A DNA stretch of 64,000 bases from Endomicrobiales bacterium (GCA_963794945.1 CAWCFT010000001.1:96001-160000), one strand, 5' to 3'; counted from the stretch's first letter, positions 44,319-53,659 are shown. Notes: generated by a model not told the origin, from the letters alone. Numbers and translations: made by a program.

Positions 44319-46535
44319 TTATTCTTCTTGCCTGTTATTTTTTTGTATTGTATCTAAAATATTGTGTGTGTGCAACCGCAATTTCATTGCCTCTTCCGCT
44401 GTTAATTCGTCAGAGTGAGCAATTTTATTTCTTATCGATTGAAGCTCAATAAACTTCGAGTAAAATAGTTCCTTACTTGAAAATACTTCTTTAAACACTT
44501 CTTCCCAATTATCTCTCCTCGCAATTATTTTATAGTAATCCGGAAAATCAACTGATATCATTTTTGATTTTTCTTCAGGTATTGCCCATGGATATATATT
44601 TTCTTTTTTACTGTGCCTGTCTTCGGCATTTTCCTTCACATCTGAAGGTATCCTTTCATTCCACCAATTACTACTAATACCATTAAGCTTAGTTTCAACA
44701 AATGTTCTTAAATTGACCTCCAGGTCTTTCAAAATATTATAAGGCTCTGACTTTTGGTAAGCCATTTTCTTTCTCTTCTCAATATCCTTAATATATTCTA
44801 TGGCAAACAACTCATTTGACTTATTAATTGTTTCGATGATCATCAATGCAATGTTTGCTCGCCCAGCTTCATTACTTGTCATTGCACGGTATTCTTTAAT
44901 TTTTGAATAATTATTTAAAAAGAATGCAATAATCGGCTCTTTTATTAAATCTTCTACTTTTCTCTTATCCCATACACCTTTGAAATATTGCAACACCTCA
45001 ACCAAAACTCTTGTGAATATATTGAAACCATTGTTATGAAGAATAAAACCTTTTTTCCACTCATGATATTCCTCCGCAAATGAATCTATGAGGGTAAAAT
45101 ATTCATTAATGACTTTCTCGGGGAAGACAAGAATACTATCGGGAAAAGGAATCGTTTCGCTTACTTCTCCATTTTTTTGGTATAGGTTATACGTTCCCTT
45201 AACAAGCGGATCAATAATCTTTCTGTCATATAAAGTATTGCATATGTTAGCTAATTTTAGGGGATATGCCGATGCTTTGCGTTGTTGGTGTCTAGGAATA
45301 AGAATTTTACCCTTGAAATATCCAGTTTTATTAAGTTCTTTTGCTATTTTGGTTATTGCACCCTGAATAGAATTCGGATCAGTTTGTGAAAGCAAATCCC
45401 ATAACAAATTTGGATCTACAGATTTCTGTTTTTGATTAATATCAATAAAATCTCTAGCTTGTTGTTTTTTTCCAATATCTTGATATGCTGTAACACTAAT
45501 ACAATATTTTAGTTTCTCGGTATTAGCTTGGGTGTAGCCATAAATTCTATGTTGCCCATCGATGATCCAAACGCTACCATATATTTTGGGGATAGAAAGT
45601 ATCCCAAACGCCATATTGGTATCTTGCAGAAGTAATCCAGTATTTTTTGGCTCAAATGTCACTTGCTTTTCAAAACTACAAACCACATTGTTTTTAAAAA
45701 ACCCTCCATTGTCAATGTATTCAGCTATACCAGGCTCTTCTGTTGTTCCAAAAATACGTTTTTCATTAATAAATCTCTGGTAAGCATCTTCATTTCCAGA
45801 TTGAAGCCTGAACACGTAAACTAAATTCAATAGTTTTTCAACTGGTATATAAAAACTAAATATTTCTTGGTCTCCAATTGTTACTTTAAAACTTGGGACT
45901 TTATAATCAGCACTGCCTTCCTCATCTTTAATATACTTCGGTGTACAATTCAATTCTTTAAGAACATAATGAAATGTTAAAGAGCCAATTACTTTATATA
46001 ATCTTTCAAGAACATCAATATATCTACTGCACCACAAATATACATCGTTGACTCGTGCAGTCTCTATATCTTTAGGATCAATGTCAATATCATCAACCAC
46101 AAGAACATATCTTACCTCATTATATTTTGATCCGTATTTCTCAGCAATTGCCTTATTAATCTCTATTTGTTTTCCCTTAAAGATATCAATTTCATTTGCG
46201 ATACTTTTTTTCTTAGGCTGATCAGCACTTTTACATTCGACCACAAGCAACGTTCCATTCTTACCACCAACAGCATCTATTTGATATCTACCAAGCCAAG
46301 AATTATAGCCAGATTCAATATCATCAAAACCCAATATTTCAAGCAGAATTCTTACTCTTTCTTGAAATAATTCCCATTTTTTAAATTTTTTCTCTAAAAT
46401 AATCTTCCCATTATCAGTTTTTTTAATTAGGAAACCAACTTTCTTAAAAGATTCTATTTCATCCTTATTTTCCAACTCAATCTCAACTAATTTATTCTTT
46501 TGAGGACTAGGCACTTTCCATTTACTTTGCTTCAT
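44319..46535 (-). CDS. PD-(D/E)XK nuclease - DGQHR (DndB-like) - Swt1-like HEPN fusion protein
   Basis: QIDAVG..LLVVECKS, YQR, IIDGQHR, FIDIN.KQK, LEVNLR..WW and RNKIAH. AAGGAG RBS before the ATG at 46535. Confidence 0.85.
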   Translation of the reverse strand: MKQSKWKVPSPQKNKLVEIELENKDEIESFKKVGFLIKKTDNGKIILEKKFKKWELFQERVRILLEILGFDDIESGYNSWLGRYQIDAVGGKNGTLLVVECKSADQPKKKSIANEIDIFKGKQIEINKAIAEKYGSKYNEVRYVLVVDDIDIDPKDIETARVNDVYLWCSRYIDVLERLYKVIGSLTFHYVLKELNCTPKYIKDEEGSADYKVPSFKVTIGDQEIFSFYIPVEKLLNLVYVFRLQSGNEDAYQRFINEKRIFGTTEEPGIAEYIDNGGFFKNNVVCSFEKQVTFEPKNTGLLLQDTNMAFGILSIPKIYGSVWIIDGQHRIYGYTQANTEKLKYCISVTAYQDIGKKQQARDFIDINQKQKSVDPNLLWDLLSQTDPNSIQGAITKIAKELNKTGYFKGKILIPRHQQRKASAYPLKLANICNTLYDRKIIDPLVKGTYNLYQKNGEVSETIPFPDSILVFPEKVINEYFTLIDSFAEEYHEWKKGFILHNNGFNIFTRVLVEVLQYFKGVWDKRKVEDLIKEPIIAFFLNNYSKIKEYRAMTSNEAGRANIALMIIETINKSNELFAIEYIKDIEKRKKMAYQKSEPYNILKDLEVNLRTFVETKLNGISSNWWNERIPSDVKENAEDRHSKKENIYPWAIPEEKSKMISVDFPDYYKIIARRDNWEEVFKEVFSSKELFYSKFIELQSIRNKIAHSDELTAEEAMKLRLHTHNILDTIQKNNRQEE

Positions 46536-46676
46536 TTTACTCTCCTTTGATAAAATAACGGTGTCACCTATGAAAGAAAAAGTCAAGGTGACAAAAAGTA
46601 TCTCCGCAGTAGTTTCTAACTACTGATCTGTTCTGTTAAACAAGTTCTTTGGCCGTTCGCCCGCTTTGTATCGTAA

Positions 46677-46837
46677 GAAGCTCCGAAAATATCCGGACTT
46701 CAGTCACCTATTGGCAGCTCTGCACTTGGCGGACTGCATGATAGAATCGGGCGACGCCCCTCCGCTAATCAGACTTGTTGAAGCTGTCAGCCTTGCGGCG
46801 GACACTTCAGGCACCATTGAGCGCGAGGGACGCCGTA
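46677..46837 (-). ncRNA. Predicted bridge/seek RNA of IS copy 2
   Basis: Reverse complement of 42740-42900. Confidence 0.7.
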
Positions 46838-47832
46838 GTCCGTATATAATATGGCCGCTTATCTTTCAAAACTCGATACACAATTTTCAATAAATCTCTG
46901 GCAAGAGCCACTCGCGCCACGTTGGGCGCTTTCCGTTTGGCTATAGCTTCATACTTTTCTGTTCGTTCAACGCTGCTCTTTGAAAAATGGTGAACTGCCT
47001 CAATCAATATCCACTGTAGGTGTTTACGCCGATTCTTATTTAAAGAACCGTGATATTCTTTGTCGGCGCTCTGGAATGTTCTCGGTGCAAGGCCTGCGTA
47101 CGCGCAGAGGCGGTTAAATGTTGTAAAACGGCTAATATCGCCTATCTCGCTTTTAATAAGCAATGCACTAAAACTGCCGATCCCAGGAATACTTTCAAGA
47201 TTCCGTGCGTCGGGATCACTTTCGGCTATTGCATGTAGTTGCCACCCGATACGGTTTTCACGCGCATTCAAAGCGCCTATTTGCTCAATCCAGTTTTCTG
47301 CGGCAATCCGGCACGGTTCAGATAATTTGTTCACCGCAATACCGTTCAATTGCTTCATTGAAGTATAGTCACCCGTTGACATCTGTCCATGGCGATCAAG
47401 AAGTGACTTTAACCGTGCTGTGTTCCGCGTTCGTTCACTGACAATGCTCATCCGGCAATGCAACAGTTCTTTAATAGCTCGTATCTTCTTGTCTGGCAGC
47501 TCTACTGTAGGTAAATAGCCCTTACGGAGCACATCGGCTATAAGCCGGGCATCTATCTTGTCTGTTTTCTTGTTTCGTTTTGCAAATGCTTTCAGCTCGT
47601 ACGAATTCGCAAGATACACCTTGTAAGCATATTCTTCGGCGAGATCAACGAAATAGTACCAATTGTAAGTCGTTTCAACTGCAAGTGTAAATGGTCGTGG
47701 GAGCGTTTTATAATATGATCGCAACACTTCTGGCAAATTTGCTATACTCTGGCTGTCAATCCGTTTGCCCTGCTCGTTCGTCACGTAAAACCAAGAACGC
47801 TCTTTGTGCAAGTCTACACCAACATAATTCAT
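46807..47832 (-). CDS. IS110 DEDD recombinase/transposase, 341 aa
   Basis: GVDLHK, VET, KTDKIDA, IPGIG and YAGLAP..QS. Confidence 0.95.
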   Translation of the reverse strand: MNYVGVDLHKERSWFYVTNEQGKRIDSQSIANLPEVLRSYYKTLPRPFTLAVETTYNWYYFVDLAEEYAYKVYLANSYELKAFAKRNKKTDKIDARLIADVLRKGYLPTVELPDKKIRAIKELLHCRMSIVSERTRNTARLKSLLDRHGQMSTGDYTSMKQLNGIAVNKLSEPCRIAAENWIEQIGALNARENRIGWQLHAIAESDPDARNLESIPGIGSFSALLIKSEIGDISRFTTFNRLCAYAGLAPRTFQSADKEYHGSLNKNRRKHLQWILIEAVHHFSKSSVERTEKYEAIAKRKAPNVARVALARDLLKIVYRVLKDKRPYYIRTTASLALNGA

Positions 47833-47948
47833 GGCAACCTCCTCGTTTTGTCTTATTGCTCGATACAATAAGTTTAACAAAACTAGATGGAGGTTGCTTT
47901 CATATTATCAGGCTTCACTAATTACACTAACTCTCTGTCAACCTTCAA

Positions 47949-48059
47949 AAATGGTGTCAGGCCCGCCAAAGATAACCGGTGGATCTCGCCAAGAGGACGG
48001 CGGCTGCTTGAGGCAACTGTTCCAAGTCTGCGACTCCGACTTGACTTATTGTACTTATC
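47949..48059 (-). repeat. ~110-bp direct repeat downstream of KilA-N
   Basis: Aligns with 48936-49046. Confidence 0.88.
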
Positions 48060-48083
48060 CTCCAAACCACACTAAAAGCTTTA

Positions 48084-48899
48084 TTATTTCAGACTTTTAA
48101 TCGAATTACTGGAAAGAAGCGAACGCATTTGTGCAATAGCGATTTCGTTCAGCTTTATTATTCTTTCCGATTGTTTCATCCCCTGGCGTATCAGCACAGA
48201 GTTTATGCTTTCAAGGTTGCTGAGCACTACTAGTTGTTCGAGAGTTGCACAATCGCGGATATTGCCCTCTTTGCCCGGATTTTCCGAACGCCACGCAGCC
48301 GCGGTTTTACCGAAAAGAGCGACATTAAGCAGGTCAGCTTCTGAGGCGTATATATTATTTACTTGTTGTTAGCTCAATTCTTTCGGCATAAGATTTTCTT
48401 TTATCGCGTCCGTATGAATGGTATAATTAATTTTGGCAAGAGTGCGTTGAAGGTTCCAACCAAGTTTTTTCGAGGATATTTCTTCGTCTTTTAAACGCTG
48501 AAATTCTTTTATCAGATATAGTTTGAATTCCACTGAAACCCAGGAAGCAAACTCAAAGGCTATATCTTTATGGGCGTACGTGCCCCCATACCTTCCCGGT
48601 TTTGAAATAAGGCCTCGCGCTCCGGTTTGTTCTATCCACTGCTTTGCGGTAAGAACAAAACTGTTGATCCCTGCCTGTTTTCTAAACCCCTCGAATTCGG
48701 TGGGTTTAAAAAGCGGGTTGTTAAGCTGTTCCCATATGCCGAGAAATTCTATTGTATTGCGGTTTCTAAGCCAATTCTGGATTATATAGTCTGTTCTGGC
48801 AGGATCTTTATAACGCGCTATATCTGTAATACATATATAATCATCCCGTTCTTTTGAGTAGAAAGACACAACAGTGTCCAATACTTTAATGTGGCTCAT
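48084..48899 (-). CDS. KilA-N domain DNA-binding protein (one in-frame TAA at 48369-48371)
   Basis: DYICITDIAR, NWLRNRNTIEFLG and GRYGGTYAHKDIAFEFASW. The same frame continues YASEADLLNVALFG after the stop. Confidence 0.88.
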
Positions 48900-48935
48900 T
48901 TCAATTCTCCTTTTATGAGCTAAATTCTCCTCAAT

Positions 48936-49046
48936 AAATGGTGTCAGGCCCGCCAAAGATAACCGGCGTACCTCGCCAAGAGGCTGGCGGCTGCCTGAGG
49001 CGACTGTTCCAAGTCTGCGACTTCGACTTGACTTATTGTACTTATC
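48936..49046 (-). repeat. ~110-bp direct repeat upstream of KilA-N
   Basis: Aligns with 47949-48059. Confidence 0.88.
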
Positions 49047-49104
49047 TTTAACTCAGTGCCCGGGCTCTCTAAATTCACTTACTTATAACATACCAATGGG
49101 ACGC

Positions 49105-49249
49105 AAAAAAACCACAGCTATCCTATGACAGCGGTGGTTTGAAGATCAATTCCCGATATACTATCAGATTCGATTTGGCCCATTTTCCATATCCCCTAAG
49201 ATTTGGCAGGCTATAAACGGATTCTAGCTCTTTGAAGTTTTTATGTCAA
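49105..49249 (-). promoter_or_regulatory. Sigma70 promoter, short uORF and terminator facing the defence island
   Basis: TTGACA-N17-TAGAAT (49249-49221), uORF MENGPNRI (49190-49164) and an AAACCAC...GTGGTTTTTT hairpin. Confidence 0.6.
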
Positions 49250-49261
49250 GTTATTCAGCTT

Positions 49262-49777
49262 TTAGAACTTTTTTGAAAGAGTAAATCCCAGCGGGCACAT
49301 TTGCGTTCCGAGGGACAGTTTTAATCTGCCGGAATCCCTGTTGTACAGATCTACCGCCCTGATCTGGGCATCCTGGGCCGCTATTCCCGCGGCGCGGCTA
49401 TTGATGGCGCCTATTATGCCTATGGCCAAAAACCCCAGCCCTTCCGCCTGCCTTGTCGCGATACCGTTGCTGTCAGTTATGTCCCTGCTGCTTAAATACC
49501 TGTTATATCCCGTGATCAAAAACACCGCGCTGAAGATTCCGTCGAACACGGCCGAAACCCGCCTTTCGCCGCACAGATGTAACTGTTCAACAGCCGCGGG
49601 AGACTTCTCTATGCAGAGCTTACTGAAATCATCCAGCGTAAGCAGCTTTCCATCCACATTCACAAGATTTTGCCGAAAGCCGTCCCTCGAAACAAAATAA
49701 GCCGGATACCCCTCGGCGAACGCTACGTCCTTAAAACACAATAATACCAGACAAAATACAACCATCTTAATTTTCAT
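49262..49777 (-). CDS. Hypothetical exported/membrane protein
   Basis: Signal peptide, two hydrophobic segments and a C-terminal F. Confidence 0.6.
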   Translation of the reverse strand: MKIKMVVFCLVLLCFKDVAFAEGYPAYFVSRDGFRQNLVNVDGKLLTLDDFSKLCIEKSPAAVEQLHLCGERRVSAVFDGIFSAVFLITGYNRYLSSRDITDSNGIATRQAEGLGFLAIGIIGAINSRAAGIAAQDAQIRAVDLYNRDSGRLKLSLGTQMCPLGFTLSKKF

Positions 49778-49791
49778 TCTTGTCTCCGATT

Positions 49792-49821
49792 AACCGTTAC
49801 AACCGCGTAGGTTGCAACGGT
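49792..49821. repeat. REP-like palindrome flanking the RAYT
   Basis: AACCGTTACAACC-gcgta-GGTTGCAACGGT. Confidence 0.8.
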
Positions 49822-50477
49822 CATTCCAACAACAAATCTTTTATTTTATGTAATTCCTGCTGATAAGATATTCTGTCTTCCACAAAGTTTTTATATTCAC
49901 CTGAGCTGATCGTGATAAGGTCGCGATGACTGGTTAAATTATTTCTATCGTAAATTCCGCTTAGGTATTCCTTGTAAGATGAGGCCTTCCATGATTCGGG
50001 TTTATCGGTTAATTCGGATGTAACAGGATTTAGATGGACGTATCTTGTTAAATGGAGTAAATATTCGTTTGTGTTGACCAGCACGCTTTTGAACCTGCTC
50101 TCCCATAGAGGCCCTTTTCTTTCGTGCTTTGTATTAAAATATCTAGTATAGCTGTTTAAAACGTTGTTCATGAAAACTGATATTCCTTTTCCAGTGTTCT
50201 GCTTCAACACAAAATGCACATGAGTCGGCATAATACAGTACGCGATTATTTGCACCAGATCATTTTTCGTATCATGGAATCCCATGAAATCAAGTTTATT
50301 TTCTCTTAAAAGCTTGTCGTATCTTGAAAAACTGATATCCGGTTTTTCCTTTTGATAGAACTTTACAGCTTCAAGCATCCTGAAATAATCCGTCTCCGTA
50401 TTAAATATAATGTACCGGGCTATACTTCTCGAAAACACGTGGTATACTTGTCCCTCAACTAACAAATCCTTTCTCAT
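49821..50477 (-). CDS. REP-associated tyrosine transposase (RAYT, IS200-like Y1 HUH)
   Basis: YHVFSR, YCIMPTHVH (HUH), LWESRF, YVHLNPV and W..SSY. Confidence 0.9.
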   Translation of the reverse strand: MRKDLLVEGQVYHVFSRSIARYIIFNTETDYFRMLEAVKFYQKEKPDISFSRYDKLLRENKLDFMGFHDTKNDLVQIIAYCIMPTHVHFVLKQNTGKGISVFMNNVLNSYTRYFNTKHERKGPLWESRFKSVLVNTNEYLLHLTRYVHLNPVTSELTDKPESWKASSYKEYLSGIYDRNNLTSHRDLITISSGEYKNFVEDRISYQQELHKIKDLLLE

Positions 50478-50490
50478 CCTGATCCCTTTT

Positions 50491-50521
50491 AACCGTTACA
50501 ACCTACGCGGTTGTAACGGTT
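50491..50521. repeat. REP-like palindrome flanking the RAYT (inverted copy)
   Basis: AACCGTTACAACC-tacgc-GGTTGTAACGGTT. Confidence 0.8.
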
Positions 50522-50855
50522 ACTTCTCAAGTTTAAGAATGTTGTAAAGGCCGTCACGCAGTTGTTCTTTGTCTACGGCGGTGCCGAACCTTATGCCGGC
50601 AACGTAGTAGCCGTTCCTGGAGGACACGTGCATTACCTTTCCCAGGGCGTGCTCAAACACGTGGTCGGTTCCCAGCGTGAAGCTCAAGTGGATCAATTCA
50701 TTGTCCCTTACCGGAAAGCGCGTTTCTATCTGCAGGCCGCCCAGGCTTACGTCGTAAATAACTCCCCATCCCTCGAAATTTTCCCTCTCGTAGAAGCGCA
50801 TAAGCACTGGGATGGAAGCGCTGAACCGGATATTGCTGCGGTATTCTTTTGTCAT
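50520..50855 (-). CDS. PilZ domain protein
   Basis: RxxxR (RSNIR) and DVSLGG. Confidence 0.85.
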   Translation of the reverse strand: MTKEYRSNIRFSASIPVLMRFYERENFEGWGVIYDVSLGGLQIETRFPVRDNELIHLSFTLGTDHVFEHALGKVMHVSSRNGYYVAGIRFGTAVDKEQLRDGLYNILKLEK

Positions 50856-51244
50856 TTATCGAGCTCACCGGAAATTTTCGGGAACAACGCGTCTTTGCCC
50901 GTGAATTCATCGTCGGACTTAAGCAGAAGGAACAGGCCGCCGCGCAGGCGCTCGCGTTCTATATCGCCTTCCGCGAAGGTTATGCCTACCACGAAATACC
51001 CGCCCCGAGATGACACGTGCACCACTTTACCCCGCACGTCCTCGAACTCGAACCCCTCGCCCAGCTTGAAGCTGAGCAAAACTTCGTCGTTTACCGAGAT
51101 GCGGCTTATTGTCTCAACCTTAAAGCCGCCCAGGCTCAGGTCGAACATCACGCCCCATATCTCAAAATCAATCGTGCCCTTGAACTTGAGCAGGACCGGT
51201 ATGGAACAGCTGATACGGGTATTCTTTCTGTGTTCTTTAGTCAT
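50852..51244 (-). CDS. PilZ domain protein (tandem paralog)
   Basis: RKNTR and DLSLGG. Confidence 0.85.
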   Translation of the reverse strand: MTKEHRKNTRISCSIPVLLKFKGTIDFEIWGVMFDLSLGGFKVETISRISVNDEVLLSFKLGEGFEFEDVRGKVVHVSSRGGYFVVGITFAEGDIERERLRGGLFLLLKSDDEFTGKDALFPKISGELDK

Positions 51245-52366
51245 TTGTTTTCCTCAGGTTCCCGATAGACGTCAGCACGACAAAAGACGGCTCGTCGTCG
51301 TAGAGCAGGAACATTTTACCGTCCGCGGCGGCTATAGCCGAAAGGGCTCCCAAGCGCGGCGCCGGTATAACGTAGCGCTGCATCAGCGCGAGGCCGCCGA
51401 ACCCGTTCATTTTGAAGGCGTATAGGGTATTGTTCTTTAGATCGGCTATATACATTGTTTCGCCGTCCCAGCACGGGCCGACCGGGTTTGTTACGTCGCT
51501 TTTGAACTTGTTTACAAGCGACACCGAGCGGTCAACTGAGTACTGGCAAACCTCTCCCGTCACGGACAGCACAGCCACAAAGTGTTGTCGGCGAAGCTCA
51601 TGCCCGGAAGGGTGTACTTTGGCAGTGGTATTTTTTTGAGGACGTCGAGGTTCTTGTTTTGCGCGTGCTGGCGGAGGATAAAGTCGTTGCCGGCGGTCCA
51701 GATGAAGTTGTCGCGGCTGGCGAGCGCCATAGGGCCGAAATCGGCGAAGTATGAAGAATTAACAAGGTTTATCTTATCCTTGAAAATAATGTACTGGTAA
51801 ACCGTCTGCGTGTACCAGCTGGCCACCCACACGTTCTTGCCCGATACCGCCATTGACGTCGCGTGCGCGTACGGCAGGCCGATGCGCACGCTGGCAGGGC
51901 GGCCAAACACCGATACCCCTCCCCACACGAGAACCGCAAGAATAGCCGCGGCCGCGAGGGCGACCCAATGCTTCGGCAATTTTTTTAGCCTGGTAAAGGC
52001 ATCCTCTTCAGGCGCCCCGTAGTACGACAGCATGGCGTGGTCTACAACCTTTTTAACTTCGGAATTGGAGAAGGAAGAGCAGATGCAGTCCGAAGCGCCC
52101 GCGCGCATGAACTCCACGGCCAGGCGGGCGTTGTGTTCCTCCAGGAAACAGAGTATGGGTTTTTTCGGGAACGTTGATTTGATCTTGCTGAACACATCGT
52201 CTTTTAAGGACGAATCAACTATGACCATATCGATCGGCTGGCGCAGGTAAGCGTTCAGGGAAGTGATGTTTTCAGCGACTATAACGTCGTGCTTTTCATG
52301 CCGCAGTATGTCCGAGAGGCGCTTAGCGTCTTCCGTTTTAGTCAATACCAGCAGAATGGTGCTCAT
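51237..52366 (-). CDS. Degenerate receiver domain + TM + beta-propeller-like protein (frameshift near 51575)
   Basis: REC-like N-terminus (AVEFMRAGASD), a TM segment and repeated beta-strand blades. Confidence 0.6.
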
Positions 52367-52410
52367 GTGGTTCCCCTTCTTTTGAGATCGTTGAAAAACC
52401 CCAACGATCT

Positions 52411-52533
52411 CTGATTACACAGATTAATTAACACAAGATTACGCAGATTAAGGCAAGATACACAAATTAAGGCTCGTGATGTAGGTGTAATCAATGTAAT
52501 CGGTGTAATCTCAGTTAAAATCTGTGTAATCAA
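52411..52533. repeat. GATTACAC/GTGTAATC short-repeat palindromic element
   Basis: Repeated GATTAC units, followed by their complements GTAATC. Confidence 0.65.
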
Positions 52534-52534
52534 A

Positions 52535-53641
52535 CTACGGTTCGGGAATAACAAAATCTTCGCCGGCTTTCGGAATGCCGCGGTCGGTTTTACCGGCGTT
52601 AGCGTTGTATATTACCTGCCACTTGTTGGAATTATTGTAAAATTTTTCCGCTATATCGCGGAGCGTGTCGCCTTCCTTTGCCGTATAATGCTGGGGCCAG
52701 GTGACCGGCGGCTGGGGCCTGGGTTTGGCTTGTCTCTTCGCGGCGGCTTCAATAGCGAGGCCGTCTTCCTTGTCGGGGCCCGGTTTTGGGGGCGGCGCTA
52801 CGGCTTTCACAAGGCTGCGGTCCATGTACCTATCCGAAAATCTTTCACCGTTGAACCGGTAGTGCACCGCGAACCGGAAAGAAGCATATTCCTTTGAGCC
52901 CGTCGGCCAGGAGAAGGCCGTGTCGAAACCTATCGGCCACAGGTAGGAGCTCAAGCCCGCGTTGAGGCTCGGCTCCGCGGAACTCGAGGAACCCGCGTAC
53001 CCCATGCGGAAAACCATCAGGCCGTCAAAGAACTGTTTCTCCCATCCGGCCGACAAGTACATCATCGATGACGAATATGAAAGGTCGGCGTTAAACTGCT
53101 TCTTATAGACTAACCCGGCGGAAGCGGCAGTATTGGCCTGAGGGCTGTTTCCCGAGAACATGTTGCGAGCGGCAAAGCCGAGGCTTAAATTTTCCCGGAT
53201 ATCCGCCTGCACGCCCGCGTCCGAAAGGAACTGCGTCGAGCCGTTGGTATCGCTAGACAATAGTTTTACCGTAGCGCCGTAGCGGAACGGCCGTTTCTTG
53301 AAAATAGTTTTCCTGGCGAAGGAAAAACCGGTCTGCTGGATCTTCGCGCCGTCAATTTCCCTGTCGGAAAATTGTATGCCCCAGCCGGGCCGGACATAAA
53401 CCGCGCTCCCTTCGAACCCCGGGTCGCCGAGGCTGTAAAAGCTGTTGACGCCGGCCTCCGCTTCCTCGTATTTTATATCCGCGAGGCCCGCCGGGTTCTG
53501 GTAAACGTCGTCGATGTCACCGCTTACTGCCGTAAACGCCCGCCCCACACCCTGCGCCCGTGTGCCGGTGAAATCATCGCTGGCTGACGCGGCCGCGCAA
53601 AAGCAAGCGCAAAAGGCAATAAATAGAATTATTTGTTTCAT
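52535..53641 (-). CDS. Outer-membrane beta-barrel (PorV/FadL-like) protein with C-terminal LysM
   Basis: GTRAQGVGRAFTA, YQNPAGL and GDTLRDIAEKFY..WQVIYNAN. Confidence 0.8.
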   Translation of the reverse strand: MKQIILFIAFCACFCAAASASDDFTGTRAQGVGRAFTAVSGDIDDVYQNPAGLADIKYEEAEAGVNSFYSLGDPGFEGSAVYVRPGWGIQFSDREIDGAKIQQTGFSFARKTIFKKRPFRYGATVKLLSSDTNGSTQFLSDAGVQADIRENLSLGFAARNMFSGNSPQANTAASAGLVYKKQFNADLSYSSSMMYLSAGWEKQFFDGLMVFRMGYAGSSSSAEPSLNAGLSSYLWPIGFDTAFSWPTGSKEYASFRFAVHYRFNGERFSDRYMDRSLVKAVAPPPKPGPDKEDGLAIEAAAKRQAKPRPQPPVTWPQHYTAKEGDTLRDIAEKFYNNSNKWQVIYNANAGKTDRGIPKAGEDFVIPEP

Positions 53642-53659
53642 AGAAGTTGAGTTAAACCG

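Larger units (their letters stand above)
46564..47910 (-). mobile_element. IS110-family (IS1111-type) insertion sequence, copy 2 (intact)
   Basis: 1347-bp inverted copy of 41667-43013. Confidence 0.93.

Noticed and set aside
44319..46535. Dnd phosphorothioation or Dpd modification cluster
   Set aside because: No dndA/C/D/E or dpd/que genes are in the window, only a DGQHR domain.
46535..46586. IS-derived hybrid promoter or N-terminal extension for the DGQHR gene
   Set aside because: The outward TTGACT has no -10 at 16-18 nt, and the ATG at 46535 has its own RBS.
48369..48371. Stop-codon recoding in KilA-N
   Set aside because: A single TAA, which other genes use as a normal stop. A substitution error or a recent nonsense mutation is simpler.
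49821..50477. This RAYT as the enzyme acting on the CCTGACACC sites
   Set aside because: It is flanked by a different palindrome, so there is no sequence evidence that it is the cognate enzyme.
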